Shown: one piece after another, positions 16,506 to 25,935 of the stretch
Numbering within the stretch: the stretch's first letter is position 1
Layout: each line of letters starts with the position of its first letter
Source of the DNA: a virus
Taxonomy: Duplodnaviria > Caudoviricetes
Reading direction: 5' to 3' (one strand)
Length of the DNA: 64,000 bases
IMG/VR virus record: IMGVR_UViG_3300025295_000098
Location: 14,600-78,599 of that record
Notes under the pieces: model-generated
Told to the model about the DNA's origin: nothing
Database searches by the model: none
Seen by the model: only the letters and a program-made list of their open reading frames with translations
Translations under genes and position numbers: made by a program

Positions 16506-16925
16506 ATGGTTTGGTTTGTTCAGCCGCTGGAGCGCAAAGACAAAGACGGCAAGCCGTCCGGTCTGTGGCATCTCTGCGCGCAAAGCGACGAGGGCGGCGG
16601 CTTCTACACCGGCTGCAACCATGATCATGCTTCTGCCGAAGAAGCGCAGGACTGCATCGAGGCCAAGGTGCGCCTCGGCCAGGTGACGGGGTTTCCCTAT
16701 GTGGCCTCGAAAATCAAGGTCAACGGCATTGAGTTCGAGGTCCATGGCGACATGATCAGCCATGAGCAGATCTGCGCACTCGCCGGCAAGCCAGTCCACG
16801 CCTCGGCCACCTATCTCGGTCCCCGAAAGGGCGACAGCGAGAGAAGCGGCATCACCCATGTCGGAAAGTCCGTCAAGCTCGAAGACGGCATGAGCTTCAC
16901 CTGCGTCGTGACGGGCAACGCATGA
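16506..16925 (+). CDS. Protein with C-terminal multi-ubiquitin-like (beta-grasp) domain
   Basis: KIKVNGIEFEV..DMISHEQICALAG...SVKLEDGMSFTCVVT pattern. Confidence 0.6.
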   Translation: MVWFVQPLERKDKDGKPSGLWHLCAQSDEGGGFYTGCNHDHASAEEAQDCIEAKVRLGQVTGFPYVASKIKVNGIEFEVHGDMISHEQICALAGKPVHASATYLGPRKGDSERSGITHVGKSVKLEDGMSFTCVVTGNA

Positions 16926-17056
16926 TCATCCCCCGCTACATCCAGCGCGCCGCTTTCGTCGTCGCAATCGTTCTATTCTGCCTCGTAGGGCTGTTCGCCA
17001 TGTCGGGGTGCCAGACGTATCAGCCGCCGGGCCAGGATCTGTGGCGGGCGCTATAA
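16922..17056 (+). CDS. Small lipoprotein candidate, 44 aa
   Basis: Basic N-term, hydrophobic stretch, lipobox-like AMSG-C; ATGA-coupled. Confidence 0.55.
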   Translation: MIIPRYIQRAAFVVAIVLFCLVGLFAMSGCQTYQPPGQDLWRAL

Positions 17057-17057
17057 C

Positions 17058-17273
17058 TCATCGTTCCTCGGGAGTGCGCAACCGGCGGGTTGAAAACGAT
17101 CCGCTACTCCGACGCTCTTCGACAAACTTTCTACATCCGTCATGCGGGCAATAGACCAACTCGACGTCAACAAAGCCGGGCTGGCCCTCGTATTCCAAGC
17201 ACTCGAACTCCTGACCGCAATGAGGGCAGGTCACGACTTCGGAATGGGTATTATCTTGGCCTTGCAGAAACAT
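17058..17273 (-). CDS. Small zinc-finger protein (antisense to late operon)
   Basis: CPHC...CPHDGC. Confidence 0.55.
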   Translation of the reverse strand: MFLQGQDNTHSEVVTCPHCGQEFECLEYEGQPGFVDVELVYCPHDGCRKFVEERRSSGSFSTRRLRTPEER

Positions 17274-17296
17274 TATTTTCTCCCGTGTGTGACCCT

Positions 17297-17908
17297 ATGC
17301 CAGTCCTGAAAAACCCCCGGCATGAGAAGTTTGCCCAAGCTCTCGCCAAAGGCAATACAGCAGATGACGCATATGCCGCCGCTGGCTTCAAACCTGACCG
17401 TGGAAATGCCTCTCGCCTACAGCATAAAGACAACATCGTACAACGCGTGTCCGAGCTTTTGGAGTGGGAGCAGACGGTAGAGCGAAAGGCCACCGAAAAG
17501 GCCATCGAGAAGCTGGCCATCACCAAAGAGCGCGTCCTGGCCGAACTTGCCAAGATCGGGTTCTCTGACATCCGCAAGGCCATCAAGTGGCAGGGCACGC
17601 TTGTAACCGAGGAAGACAATCCGGACGGCGGTGATGTCCTCGTGATCAAAAATGTCGTCACGAACAATGTCCAGCTTGTATCGAGCGACGAGATCGACGA
17701 CGAGACGGCCGGCGCGATCGCTGAGATCAGCCAGAACTCGACCGGCGGCATTAAGTTGAAACTTCACGACAAGAAGGGTGCGCTCGTGGACATCGGCAAG
17801 CACCTTGGCATGTTCGTGGAGCGGCACGAGCATACAGGCAAGGACGGCGCACCGATCCAGACCGAGACGAGAACATGGCGGGAAGTGCTGCGCAGCGAGA
17901 AGAGCTAG
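17297..17908 (+). CDS. terS: Terminase small subunit
   Basis: LKNPRHEKFAQALAKG..A..AY.AAGF; ITKERVLAELAKIGF; KLHDKKGAL.DIGKHLGMF. Confidence 0.9.
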   Translation: MPVLKNPRHEKFAQALAKGNTADDAYAAAGFKPDRGNASRLQHKDNIVQRVSELLEWEQTVERKATEKAIEKLAITKERVLAELAKIGFSDIRKAIKWQGTLVTEEDNPDGGDVLVIKNVVTNNVQLVSSDEIDDETAGAIAEISQNSTGGIKLKLHDKKGALVDIGKHLGMFVERHEHTGKDGAPIQTETRTWREVLRSEKS

Positions 17909-19332
17909 ACGCCACCACATATCTCACCAACCCGGCTCTTCATGATTTTTGGGAGCAGGTTTTCCTCGGTCAGGCGGACATCGCGGTTCTTCACGGCGGC
18001 CGCTCAAGCTCAAAGACGCGAGACACGGCCTGCCAGTTGGTTCGGTTGGTCGACCATGTCGGCGTCAGGATGCGGGTGCTTTGCATCCGTCGTTTCCAGA
18101 ACCGTATCCAGGATTCGGTTTACACGGAACTGAAATGGGCGATCGCTCATCTCGGTCTCACGGACCAATACGACATTCAAAAGACCACCATCATCCACAA
18201 GGTGACGGGGTCGGAGTTCATCTTCTACGGCATCGAGCGAAACCTTGAGGATATCAAGGGAACGTCCGACGTCGATATTCTCTGGGTCGAAGAGGCGGAA
18301 AAGCTAACCGAAGACCAATGGACGGTGATCGGGCCGACGATCCGTAAGGAAGACAGCCTAGCGATCCTGCTGTTCAACCCGAAGCTCGTCACCGACTACG
18401 TCTGGAAGAACTTCGTCATCAATGTTCCGCCGCATTGCGTGGTTCGGAAGATCGATTACACCGAGAACCCGTTCCTTTCGCAGAAAGCGCTGCGCGACAT
18501 TGCTGCCATGCGGGAGCGCAACCCGGAGACCTTTGAGCACGTCTACGGCGGTATTCCTCTCGGGGATAGCGAGCTTTCTATCTTCAAGCGCCGCTGGCTT
18601 GATGCTTGCATAGACGCTCATGTGACGCTGAACGTCGGCCTCACGGGTCGGAATATCATCGGTTTCGACCCTGCCGACGATGGCGAGGACAAATGCGCCA
18701 CGGCCGATAAGGTCGGCGGCATCTTCACCGAGGTCGACGACTGGGCGTCCGGCAAGGACGAACTTGTCCAGAACGCCAAGAAGGTATGGGCCAAGGCGAA
18801 GGCCGTCGGCGCAACGGTGTCATACGATACGATCGGCGTCGGTGCCTTTGTCGGCGGCTATATCGATGAGCAGAACCGGGAAAACCGGGCGCGTGTCAAC
18901 CACTACGCTTTTCATGCCGGCGGCGCGGTTCTCGACCCAGACAAGGCGAGCGACCCGTACAACAGCAAAAGCCCGCTGAACAAAGACGAATACCTGAACC
19001 GCAAGGCGCAGGCCTGGGCCAATACCGCACGACGGGCGATGCTGACCTTCAATGCCGTCACCAGGGGGCAACCCATCAGGGCTGAGGATGTTCTTTCGTT
19101 CTCGTCTGGGATCGGGACCGCAAAGCTCGATGCTCTTTTCACGGAACTCTGCGTGCCGTGGTGGGTAGAGAGTGAGGGAAAGAAGCGGGTTGTTCCCAAG
19201 GTGAAGCTGAAAAAAGACCTGGGCGTGAAGTCACATAACTTGGCGGACGCCGTCATTGCCGCTGACAACGTTCAGCTATCGCGTGTCCTGGTCATTAGCG
19301 ACACGGTACTGCAGCGATCAACATCGAGGTAG
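17875..19332 (+). CDS. terL: Terminase large subunit (PBSX-like, probably headful)
   Basis: Walker A HGGRSSSKT, Walker B ILWVEEA, nuclease GFDPAD. Confidence 0.95.
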   Translation: MAGSAAQREELDATTYLTNPALHDFWEQVFLGQADIAVLHGGRSSSKTRDTACQLVRLVDHVGVRMRVLCIRRFQNRIQDSVYTELKWAIAHLGLTDQYDIQKTTIIHKVTGSEFIFYGIERNLEDIKGTSDVDILWVEEAEKLTEDQWTVIGPTIRKEDSLAILLFNPKLVTDYVWKNFVINVPPHCVVRKIDYTENPFLSQKALRDIAAMRERNPETFEHVYGGIPLGDSELSIFKRRWLDACIDAHVTLNVGLTGRNIIGFDPADDGEDKCATADKVGGIFTEVDDWASGKDELVQNAKKVWAKAKAVGATVSYDTIGVGAFVGGYIDEQNRENRARVNHYAFHAGGAVLDPDKASDPYNSKSPLNKDEYLNRKAQAWANTARRAMLTFNAVTRGQPIRAEDVLSFSSGIGTAKLDALFTELCVPWWVESEGKKRVVPKVKLKKDLGVKSHNLADAVIAADNVQLSRVLVISDTVLQRSTSR

Positions 19333-19334
19333 GA

Positions 19335-20954
19335 ATGGGTATTCGAAACTGGTTCGGCCGCCTGTTCCGGCAGGATAAGCAGCAGGAGGTCGCGGTGCCG
19401 GCGCCTGTGCTGGCCGACAAGCCAAAGCCCATCAAGGTGCCCGATGGAGCGCTGATATCGTCTCGGTTGAACCCGGAGGCCTACAGACGCGTTCCCGTGT
19501 TCTCTCTGCCGACGCCAGCACCGGGAGTTTTGCCAGCTGGCGAGACCGGTATGGCGATGGATTCGGGTATCGGGTCAGCGAACAATTGGGCCAACCAGTT
19601 CGCGATCGATGGCTACTGGACCGAGGGGATTACCTTCCTCGGCTATGCCTATCTGTCCGAGTTGGCGCAGCGCCCGGAATATCGGGTGATCTCCGAAACG
19701 ATCGCGACGGAAATGACGCGAGAGTGGATCGAGTTCTTCTCGACGACGGACGATGACGACGACAAGCAGGATCGCATCAAGGAGCTCGAAGAAGAGTTCA
19801 AGCGGCTCTGCGTATCGGACATGTTTGCCAGGGCAGCCCAGCAAGACGGGTTCTTCGGCCGCGGTCATATCTATATCGACACAGGCGATACCGATAATAC
19901 GGATGAACTGCAAAAGTCTTTGGGTGACGGCTGGGACGAGCTGAGCAAGACGAAGCTCTCGAAGAAGAAGATCAGATCGCTGCGGACCATCGAGGCCGTG
20001 TGGTGCTATCCGACGAGCTACAATTCGAACGACCCGCTGAAGGACAACTGGTACCGGCCTGATAGCTGGTATGTGCAGGCCAAGATCGTGCATTCCTCTC
20101 GCCTGATCACGCTGATCGGCCGGGAAGTTCCGGATCTGCTGAAGCCGACATATTCCTTCGGTGGTCTGTCCCTGTCGCAGATGGCGAAACCCTATGTCGA
20201 CAACTGGCTTCAGACGCGCCAGTCGGTGAATGACATCATCTCGGCATTCTCTGTATTCGTCCTCGAAACCAACCTGGCGGAAAGCCTGCAGGCCGATGGC
20301 CAGCAGTTGTTCAAGCGAGCCGAGCTCTTCAACAACCTGCGAGACAATCGCGGGCTGATGATGATCGACAAGGAAAGCGAAGGGTTTCAGAACGTCTCCG
20401 CGCCTCTTGGTGGCCTCTCAGAGCTTCAGGCTCAGGCCCAGGAGCACATGGCATCGGTGTCGCATATCCCGACGGTCAAGCTTCTCGGCATTCAGCCGGC
20501 CGGTCTCAACGCCTCGTCCGAGGATCAGATGCGGGTGTTCTACGATTACATCCATGCCTATCAGGAGCATCTGTTCCGGCATCCTTTGCGCCGGCTGATG
20601 GGCCTGATCATGATTTCGCTCTGGGGCGAGACGGACAAGGCCATCGATTTCCGATTCAAACCGCTGTTCTCCCTCGACGAGAAGAGCGAGGCCGAGGTCG
20701 AAAAGCTGAAGGCCGAAACGGATCAGATCCTGATCGACACCGGCGTGATATCGCCTGACGAATCCCGCAAGCGTGTCGCGGCGGACCCGGCATCCGGTCA
20801 TTCGTCGATCGATGTCGACGACGTGCCGGATCTGCTGGACGAGGAGGAGCATGGCCTAGCCCCGAAGGGTGGCAAACTCTTGCCCGGCTTAGGTGAAGAG
20901 GATACTGATGATAGTGCCTCCAACCGCCTTTTCGGGAAAGCTGAAGCCGCGTGA
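19335..20954 (+). CDS. Portal protein (DUF1073 type)
   Basis: Follows terL; VHSSRL, IP.VKLLG.QPAGLNASSED, YYD-type motifs. Confidence 0.9.
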   Translation: MGIRNWFGRLFRQDKQQEVAVPAPVLADKPKPIKVPDGALISSRLNPEAYRRVPVFSLPTPAPGVLPAGETGMAMDSGIGSANNWANQFAIDGYWTEGITFLGYAYLSELAQRPEYRVISETIATEMTREWIEFFSTTDDDDDKQDRIKELEEEFKRLCVSDMFARAAQQDGFFGRGHIYIDTGDTDNTDELQKSLGDGWDELSKTKLSKKKIRSLRTIEAVWCYPTSYNSNDPLKDNWYRPDSWYVQAKIVHSSRLITLIGREVPDLLKPTYSFGGLSLSQMAKPYVDNWLQTRQSVNDIISAFSVFVLETNLAESLQADGQQLFKRAELFNNLRDNRGLMMIDKESEGFQNVSAPLGGLSELQAQAQEHMASVSHIPTVKLLGIQPAGLNASSEDQMRVFYDYIHAYQEHLFRHPLRRLMGLIMISLWGETDKAIDFRFKPLFSLDEKSEAEVEKLKAETDQILIDTGVISPDESRKRVAADPASGHSSIDVDDVPDLLDEEEHGLAPKGGKLLPGLGEEDTDDSASNRLFGKAEAA

Positions 20955-21044
20955 TCAAACTAGTCCTCTGGGACATCATCAACGCGAAAGAGCCGACGGC
21001 TCGCGATAGCATTCCACAGAGCCTGGCTAGGCTGGAGAAGAACG

Positions 21045-21866
21045 TTGGCGCGCAAGTTAAGGCGGAAGACGCCGAAGGCCACGGAAACGATCCTGAGGCC
21101 GATACACCCGAATGCGGGGATTGCCGCTGATTATCAGCGCAGGCTTGATGCCCTTATCCAGGCGATGGCGAAGTCGGTAGAGTTTTGGCTCACCGCAACC
21201 TATCGACAGAACGAACCGCGTATCGCGCAGGATGAAACACCTGCCGACGCGCTGCGCCGTTCGATGCGGGAGTTGTCGAAGCGCTGGGTGAAACGCTTCG
21301 ACGAGATGGCCGGCAAGATGGCGGAACACTTCGCTCAGTCGGTCGAAGCCCGGTCAACGGGAGCGATGAAGAAGATCCTGAAGGACGGGGGCTGGACCGT
21401 CCAATTTCACGTCACTCCGGCGATGCGGGACGTGATGGACGCGACCGTGCATCAGAACGTGGCGCTCATCAAATCGATCCCGGCCCAGTATCTGGAGCAG
21501 GTTGAAGGCATCGTGATGCGCGGCGTGCAGAACGGCCGCGATCTGGGCGTTGTATCCGAAGAGCTTCAGAAGCGTCTCGGGGTTACCCGTCGTCGAGCGG
21601 ACTTTATTGCCCGCGACCAAAATCAGAAGGCCACGTCAGCTTTCAACCGAGTTCGCCAAACGGAACTCGGGCTCGACGAGGCCGAGTGGCACCACAGCGG
21701 CGGCGGGAAGGAACCCCGACCGACGCATGTGAGGGCCGGAAAAGACAAGGTCCGCTACAAGATTTCGCAGGGTTGGTACGACCCGGCCTTGAAGCGCTTC
21801 ATACAGCCTGGTGAAGAGCCGGGATGCAAATGCGTCGGGCGGCCAGTGATCAAGGGATTTTCGTAA
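21045..21866 (+). CDS. Head morphogenesis protein (SPP1 gp7/Mu F family)
   Basis: RADFIARDQ.QK, WHHS...RPTH, PGEEPGCKC. Confidence 0.9.
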   Translation: MARKLRRKTPKATETILRPIHPNAGIAADYQRRLDALIQAMAKSVEFWLTATYRQNEPRIAQDETPADALRRSMRELSKRWVKRFDEMAGKMAEHFAQSVEARSTGAMKKILKDGGWTVQFHVTPAMRDVMDATVHQNVALIKSIPAQYLEQVEGIVMRGVQNGRDLGVVSEELQKRLGVTRRRADFIARDQNQKATSAFNRVRQTELGLDEAEWHHSGGGKEPRPTHVRAGKDKVRYKISQGWYDPALKRFIQPGEEPGCKCVGRPVIKGFS

Positions 21867-22171
21867 TGATTTCTCAGGAACCCAAGGAAATCGCCGCCAC
21901 ACAGGTCAGCGGGCCGGTTGGAGGCGCTTGCAACTTCATTCGATATCCAGATGAAGGGGTAACGTATCGTTCGCAAGCCGGGAATTATACGAACGAAAGA
22001 GATGACGGGCGATTGCAGGTCATAGCCGCCCGTTGTTTTGCGGGGCTGCAAACCTATGTCGACGCGTTGCCGCAATACGAGTTCCAGCAGATTGAATTTT
22101 TGCAGACGGCCGATAGATCGATGGCCGATCAGTTTGTTTCCATGACGTTTGCCAAAAAGCAAAAGGCGTAA
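21866..22171 (+). CDS. Hypothetical protein
   Basis: TAATG-coupled ORF. Confidence 0.5.
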   Translation: MISQEPKEIAATQVSGPVGGACNFIRYPDEGVTYRSQAGNYTNERDDGRLQVIAARCFAGLQTYVDALPQYEFQQIEFLQTADRSMADQFVSMTFAKKQKA

Positions 22172-22197
22172 GCCAGTCGAAGTAAGGGGTTCAGCTG

Positions 22198-22488
22198 ATG
22201 GAAAACAAGCCCGACATGAAGAAGATCGCGGCTCCGAAGCCGCAATTCTCTTTCCTGCAGGATTATGCCTTCGAACTGATCGACAAGCACGGTCCCCGCA
22301 CCCTTGGGATGATCATGCACGGCTATACGAACATGGGTTATTCGATCGCCGGCGCCGTCGTTGACGAGCAGTTCGAGACGCTCGCGAAGGAGCTCGAGGC
22401 TGATCCTCGACTGGTTGTTGTTGCCGATAATGCTGGTCGCGGTGGCGACTGGATCGGCATCAAGGAAGATCACAAAGATGGCGTTTGA
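22198..22488 (+). CDS. Hypothetical protein
   Basis: 96-aa ORF, high GC3. Confidence 0.6.
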   Translation: MENKPDMKKIAAPKPQFSFLQDYAFELIDKHGPRTLGMIMHGYTNMGYSIAGAVVDEQFETLAKELEADPRLVVVADNAGRGGDWIGIKEDHKDGV

Positions 22489-22693
22489 TCCACTCGACGA
22501 AAGCGACATCCTTGCTGCCGAAAGGGCTCTTGGCATTGCCCCTGTTCCGACCGGTCGCCTGCGTTTGTTCAAACAGGGCAATGAAATCAAGCTTCTGCAG
22601 TTGTGGGAGTCGAGCGCCAGCCCACGTCGTGGGATCTGGCTTGAAGTGCCGATCGTCACTGAGATGCCTGAGGGGGAAATCCAATGGCCATGA
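22478..22693 (+). CDS. Hypothetical protein
   Basis: Overlapping ORF MAFDPLDESD. Confidence 0.5.
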   Translation: MAFDPLDESDILAAERALGIAPVPTGRLRLFKQGNEIKLLQLWESSASPRRGIWLEVPIVTEMPEGEIQWP

Positions 22694-22843
22694 TGACGGT
22701 GCGCCTGAGCGCCCATGTGCCGTGGCAGACACGCGCCGGCATCTATCTCGCCGTGGTCTTTGAGCACATTCCGTTCTGCAACCTCCTCTCCCTTCAGCTG
22801 CTGAAGTGGGCGCAATCTCAAATTCAGGTGAAAGTCGAGACGG

Positions 22844-24856
22844 ATGCCAGCGGTCAGTGAAAAGCAGAGGCGTGCGATGTTCGCAGCGGCAGAAGGGAAT
22901 AGCACGTTGGGCATCCCGAAGAAGGTCGGCGAGGAGTTCGTCGCCGCCGACGCCAGCAATGGCCATGCCGCCGGTATCCTCTACGTGGCGCCGGATGGCG
23001 ATGTGCTGCTTCTTCGGCGGTCCTCGACTGAAACGAACTATGCCGGTCACTGGGCTCTCCCGGGCGGCAAGGGCGAGGAAGGCGAGACGCCCGAGCAGAC
23101 CGCAGACCGCGAGGCGCGTGAAGAGATGGGCCCGCTCATCCCGGAAAGCGCGAAGCGGATGAAACTGTTGGATAGCCGAGTCACTCCGACCAAGATGGCG
23201 TTCCACACCTTCGCTCAGGCGGTTCCGGAGAAGTTCGTTCCGACACTGAACGAGGAGCATAGCGGCTACGCCTGGTCGCCGTTCGACCAGCTGCCCGGTC
23301 CGATCCATCCCGCGGTGAAAAGTACGCTGGATGACCGGCTCGGAACCGATGGACTCGAAACGCCGGAAGATTGGGCGATGCTCAAGACCCGTCTCGTCAA
23401 CTGGTTGAGCTACGATGAAGACGGCGAGGAAGAGGTCGCCACGGCGCAAGATTCGATCGCGATGGACCGGGACAGTGTCCGCCGCATCGATCAGGATGGC
23501 CATCTTTTCGTAGAAACCACGCCGATCTCGAAGGCCGTGGTCAACCCGTACTACGGCAAGGAGATCCCCGGTTTTCAGAAGCTGGGCCTTGATCCGGAGC
23601 GGATCTACAACCTGCTTCGTGACCCGAAGGAGTTGAAGGCCGCCGCGACGACATTCGCAGGCAAGCCGCTGCTGCTGATCCACAAGCCGGTCAATGCTGA
23701 TGAGCATCCCCGCGAGATCGTGGTGGGCTCGGTCGGCGATGATGTTGAGTTCAAGGCCCCGTACCTGATGGCCCCGCTGAATATCTGGGACGCTGAGGCG
23801 ATCAAGCTCATCGAATCCAAGAAGCAGCGCGAGCTATCGTGCGGGTATCAATACGAACCTGTCATGGAACCGGGAACCTACGAAGGCGAACGTTATGACG
23901 GTCGGATGACGAACATCAAAGGAAATCACCTCGCGATCGTCGAATCAGGACGGGCCGGGGCGGATGTCTTTGTTGCAGACCAAGCACTGAAACCAAAGGA
24001 GACTGCAGCCATGGCGAAGACGCCAGTTCTATCCCGCAAGGCATCCGTCGCTCATGGCGCGATCCTCGCATATCTCCGCCCCAAGCTCGCTCAGGATGCC
24101 AAGATCGATATCACGGCGATCCTGAAGGACGTGACGGCAAAGAACTACAATCCGGTGACCATCGCCGATGGCCTGAAGAAGGCCGCGACCGGCAAGCTGG
24201 CCCAGGATGCCGACATCAGCGACGTCGTCGATCTTCTCGATACGCTGAAGACCGTCGAAGGTGCCGAAGACGATCTCGAACCGAACTCCGGCCAGCTCAA
24301 CGCCGGCAAGGTGCGTGGCGAGGATGAAGAGCCCGATGGCGAGCCGGACCAGAAGTCGCGGGTCATGGAATTCCTCAAGGACAAGCTGTCCGAGGACGAC
24401 ATGAAGGCCTGCGACGAGCTCTGGAATCAGGAAGCGATGGACGAAGACGCCGACGAAGACGAAGGCGCCAGGAAGAAGGCCGAAGACGAGGCCGAGGAGA
24501 AGAAGGACATGGTCGACAAGAAGGCAATGGATGCGGCAATCAATGCCGCAGTGGCGAACGAGCGCCGCAACGCTCGCGAGATCGAAGCCGCCAAGGAAGA
24601 CGTCCGCCCCTATATCGGCGCGGTCGCCATGGCCCATGACAGCGCCGCCGATGTCTATCGCACGGCTCTGACCTCTCTCGGCGTCGATATCGCCGGCGTT
24701 CACCCCAGCGCTTTCCGCGCCATCCTGAAGGCGCAGCAGATCCCCGGTACGCAGCAGCGGCAGACGTCGCCTTCCGTTGCCATGGATGCCAAGGGAGCTT
24801 CCTCGTTCTACGAGATGTTCCCGGAAGCAAAGTCGCACATCGTCAAGACGCTCTAA
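22844..24856 (+). CDS. Nudix hydrolase fused to DUF2213-type prohead protease/scaffold
   Basis: Nudix box GGKGEEGETPEQTADREAREEMG; DUF2213 RELSCGY, GNHLAIVE.GRAG; acidic scaffold C-terminus. Confidence 0.88.
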   Translation: MPAVSEKQRRAMFAAAEGNSTLGIPKKVGEEFVAADASNGHAAGILYVAPDGDVLLLRRSSTETNYAGHWALPGGKGEEGETPEQTADREAREEMGPLIPESAKRMKLLDSRVTPTKMAFHTFAQAVPEKFVPTLNEEHSGYAWSPFDQLPGPIHPAVKSTLDDRLGTDGLETPEDWAMLKTRLVNWLSYDEDGEEEVATAQDSIAMDRDSVRRIDQDGHLFVETTPISKAVVNPYYGKEIPGFQKLGLDPERIYNLLRDPKELKAAATTFAGKPLLLIHKPVNADEHPREIVVGSVGDDVEFKAPYLMAPLNIWDAEAIKLIESKKQRELSCGYQYEPVMEPGTYEGERYDGRMTNIKGNHLAIVESGRAGADVFVADQALKPKETAAMAKTPVLSRKASVAHGAILAYLRPKLAQDAKIDITAILKDVTAKNYNPVTIADGLKKAATGKLAQDADISDVVDLLDTLKTVEGAEDDLEPNSGQLNAGKVRGEDEEPDGEPDQKSRVMEFLKDKLSEDDMKACDELWNQEAMDEDADEDEGARKKAEDEAEEKKDMVDKKAMDAAINAAVANERRNAREIEAAKEDVRPYIGAVAMAHDSAADVYRTALTSLGVDIAGVHPSAFRAILKAQQIPGTQQRQTSPSVAMDAKGASSFYEMFPEAKSHIVKTL

Positions 24857-24883
24857 GCGTCTCGACATAACCGCAACCCACAG

Positions 24884-24910
24884 GGCCGCCGTTGTGCGGC
24901 CGTTTCTTTT
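24884..24910 (+). terminator. Possible internal terminator in late operon
   Basis: GGCCGC/GCGGCC stem followed by GTTTCTTTT. Confidence 0.5.
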
Positions 24911-24922
24911 AGGAGAAAACCC

Positions 24923-25864
24923 ATGGCTGGATTCCAGACCCAGGCGTACTACAATCCTGCCCCGGCGGTGGAAGGCGACTTTGCCAGCACCAACCCGCGG
25001 GCGACCGTCATCGCTGGTCCCGGCGGCCTTGTCGCCGGTTCCTCCTTCATCGTTGGCCGCGCCATCTGGCTGTCCAGCACCTATGTCGACGACGATGGCA
25101 CCCCGGCTGTGGCAAATGCCTTCGGCTCCGGTGCGATCGCCGGTATTGCCCACCGCGAACAGCAGGGCCTTATCCAGCAGTATCTGCAGGAATCGACCAT
25201 GCTTGTCCCGGCCGGCTTCCCGGTCACCGTCTTTGCTTCCGGCGATTTCTGGGTCAAGAACAACGGTTCCACCCAGGCGCTGCCGGGCATGAAGGCATAT
25301 GCGGCCTTCGCTGACGGCAAGTTCACCGCAGCCGCTACCGGTAGCCCGAGCACGGCATCCGGTTCCGCAAGCTCGGTCGCCGCATCCACCTTCTCGGTTA
25401 CCGGTTCGATCGCCGACAACGTCTTGACCGTCACCGCGGTCAGCTCCGGTACCGTCGTCCCGGGCGGCACGATCTCGGGCACCGGCATCGCAACCGGCAC
25501 CAAGATCGTCAGCCAGCTTTCCGGCACCACGGGCGGCATCGGCACCTATGCGGTCAGCATCCCGGAACAGACTGTGGCGTCGACCACGGTCAGCGGCACC
25601 TACGGCACGCTAACTGTCGGCGGTACGGTGGCAGGCGTCTTCGGCGTCGGCCAGTCGCTCTCCGGCTCCGGCGTCGTCGCGGGAACCACGATCACCGCGC
25701 TCGGCACGGGCACGGGCGGCGCGGGTACCTACATCGTCGACAACAACACCGTCGTCGCTTCCACGGCGATCACGGCAGCCACCAACGTCGAAACCAAGTT
25801 CGTTGTGCGTTCCTCGGCTCTGCCGGGCGAACTCATGAAGATCAGCTCGTGGCTGCAGGGCTGA
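24923..25864 (+). CDS. Head decoration/cement protein with two inserted Gly/Thr-rich modules
   Basis: MAGFQ...PAPAVEGDFAS.NP N-terminus directly before the capsid gene. Confidence 0.75.
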   Translation: MAGFQTQAYYNPAPAVEGDFASTNPRATVIAGPGGLVAGSSFIVGRAIWLSSTYVDDDGTPAVANAFGSGAIAGIAHREQQGLIQQYLQESTMLVPAGFPVTVFASGDFWVKNNGSTQALPGMKAYAAFADGKFTAAATGSPSTASGSASSVAASTFSVTGSIADNVLTVTAVSSGTVVPGGTISGTGIATGTKIVSQLSGTTGGIGTYAVSIPEQTVASTTVSGTYGTLTVGGTVAGVFGVGQSLSGSGVVAGTTITALGTGTGGAGTYIVDNNTVVASTAITAATNVETKFVVRSSALPGELMKISSWLQG

Positions 25865-25935
25865 TCTAGCCACGCCATCCCCCAACCAGATCGCCGAGCG
25901 CTCCCAGCTCGGCGGCTCCCTGAGGAGAAATTACA

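Noticed and set aside
19335-20954. Possible anti-CBASS Acb1 label often attached to DUF1073-type proteins
   Set aside because: Size, position after terL and motifs fit a portal protein; no 2H-phosphoesterase HxT motif pair was recognised
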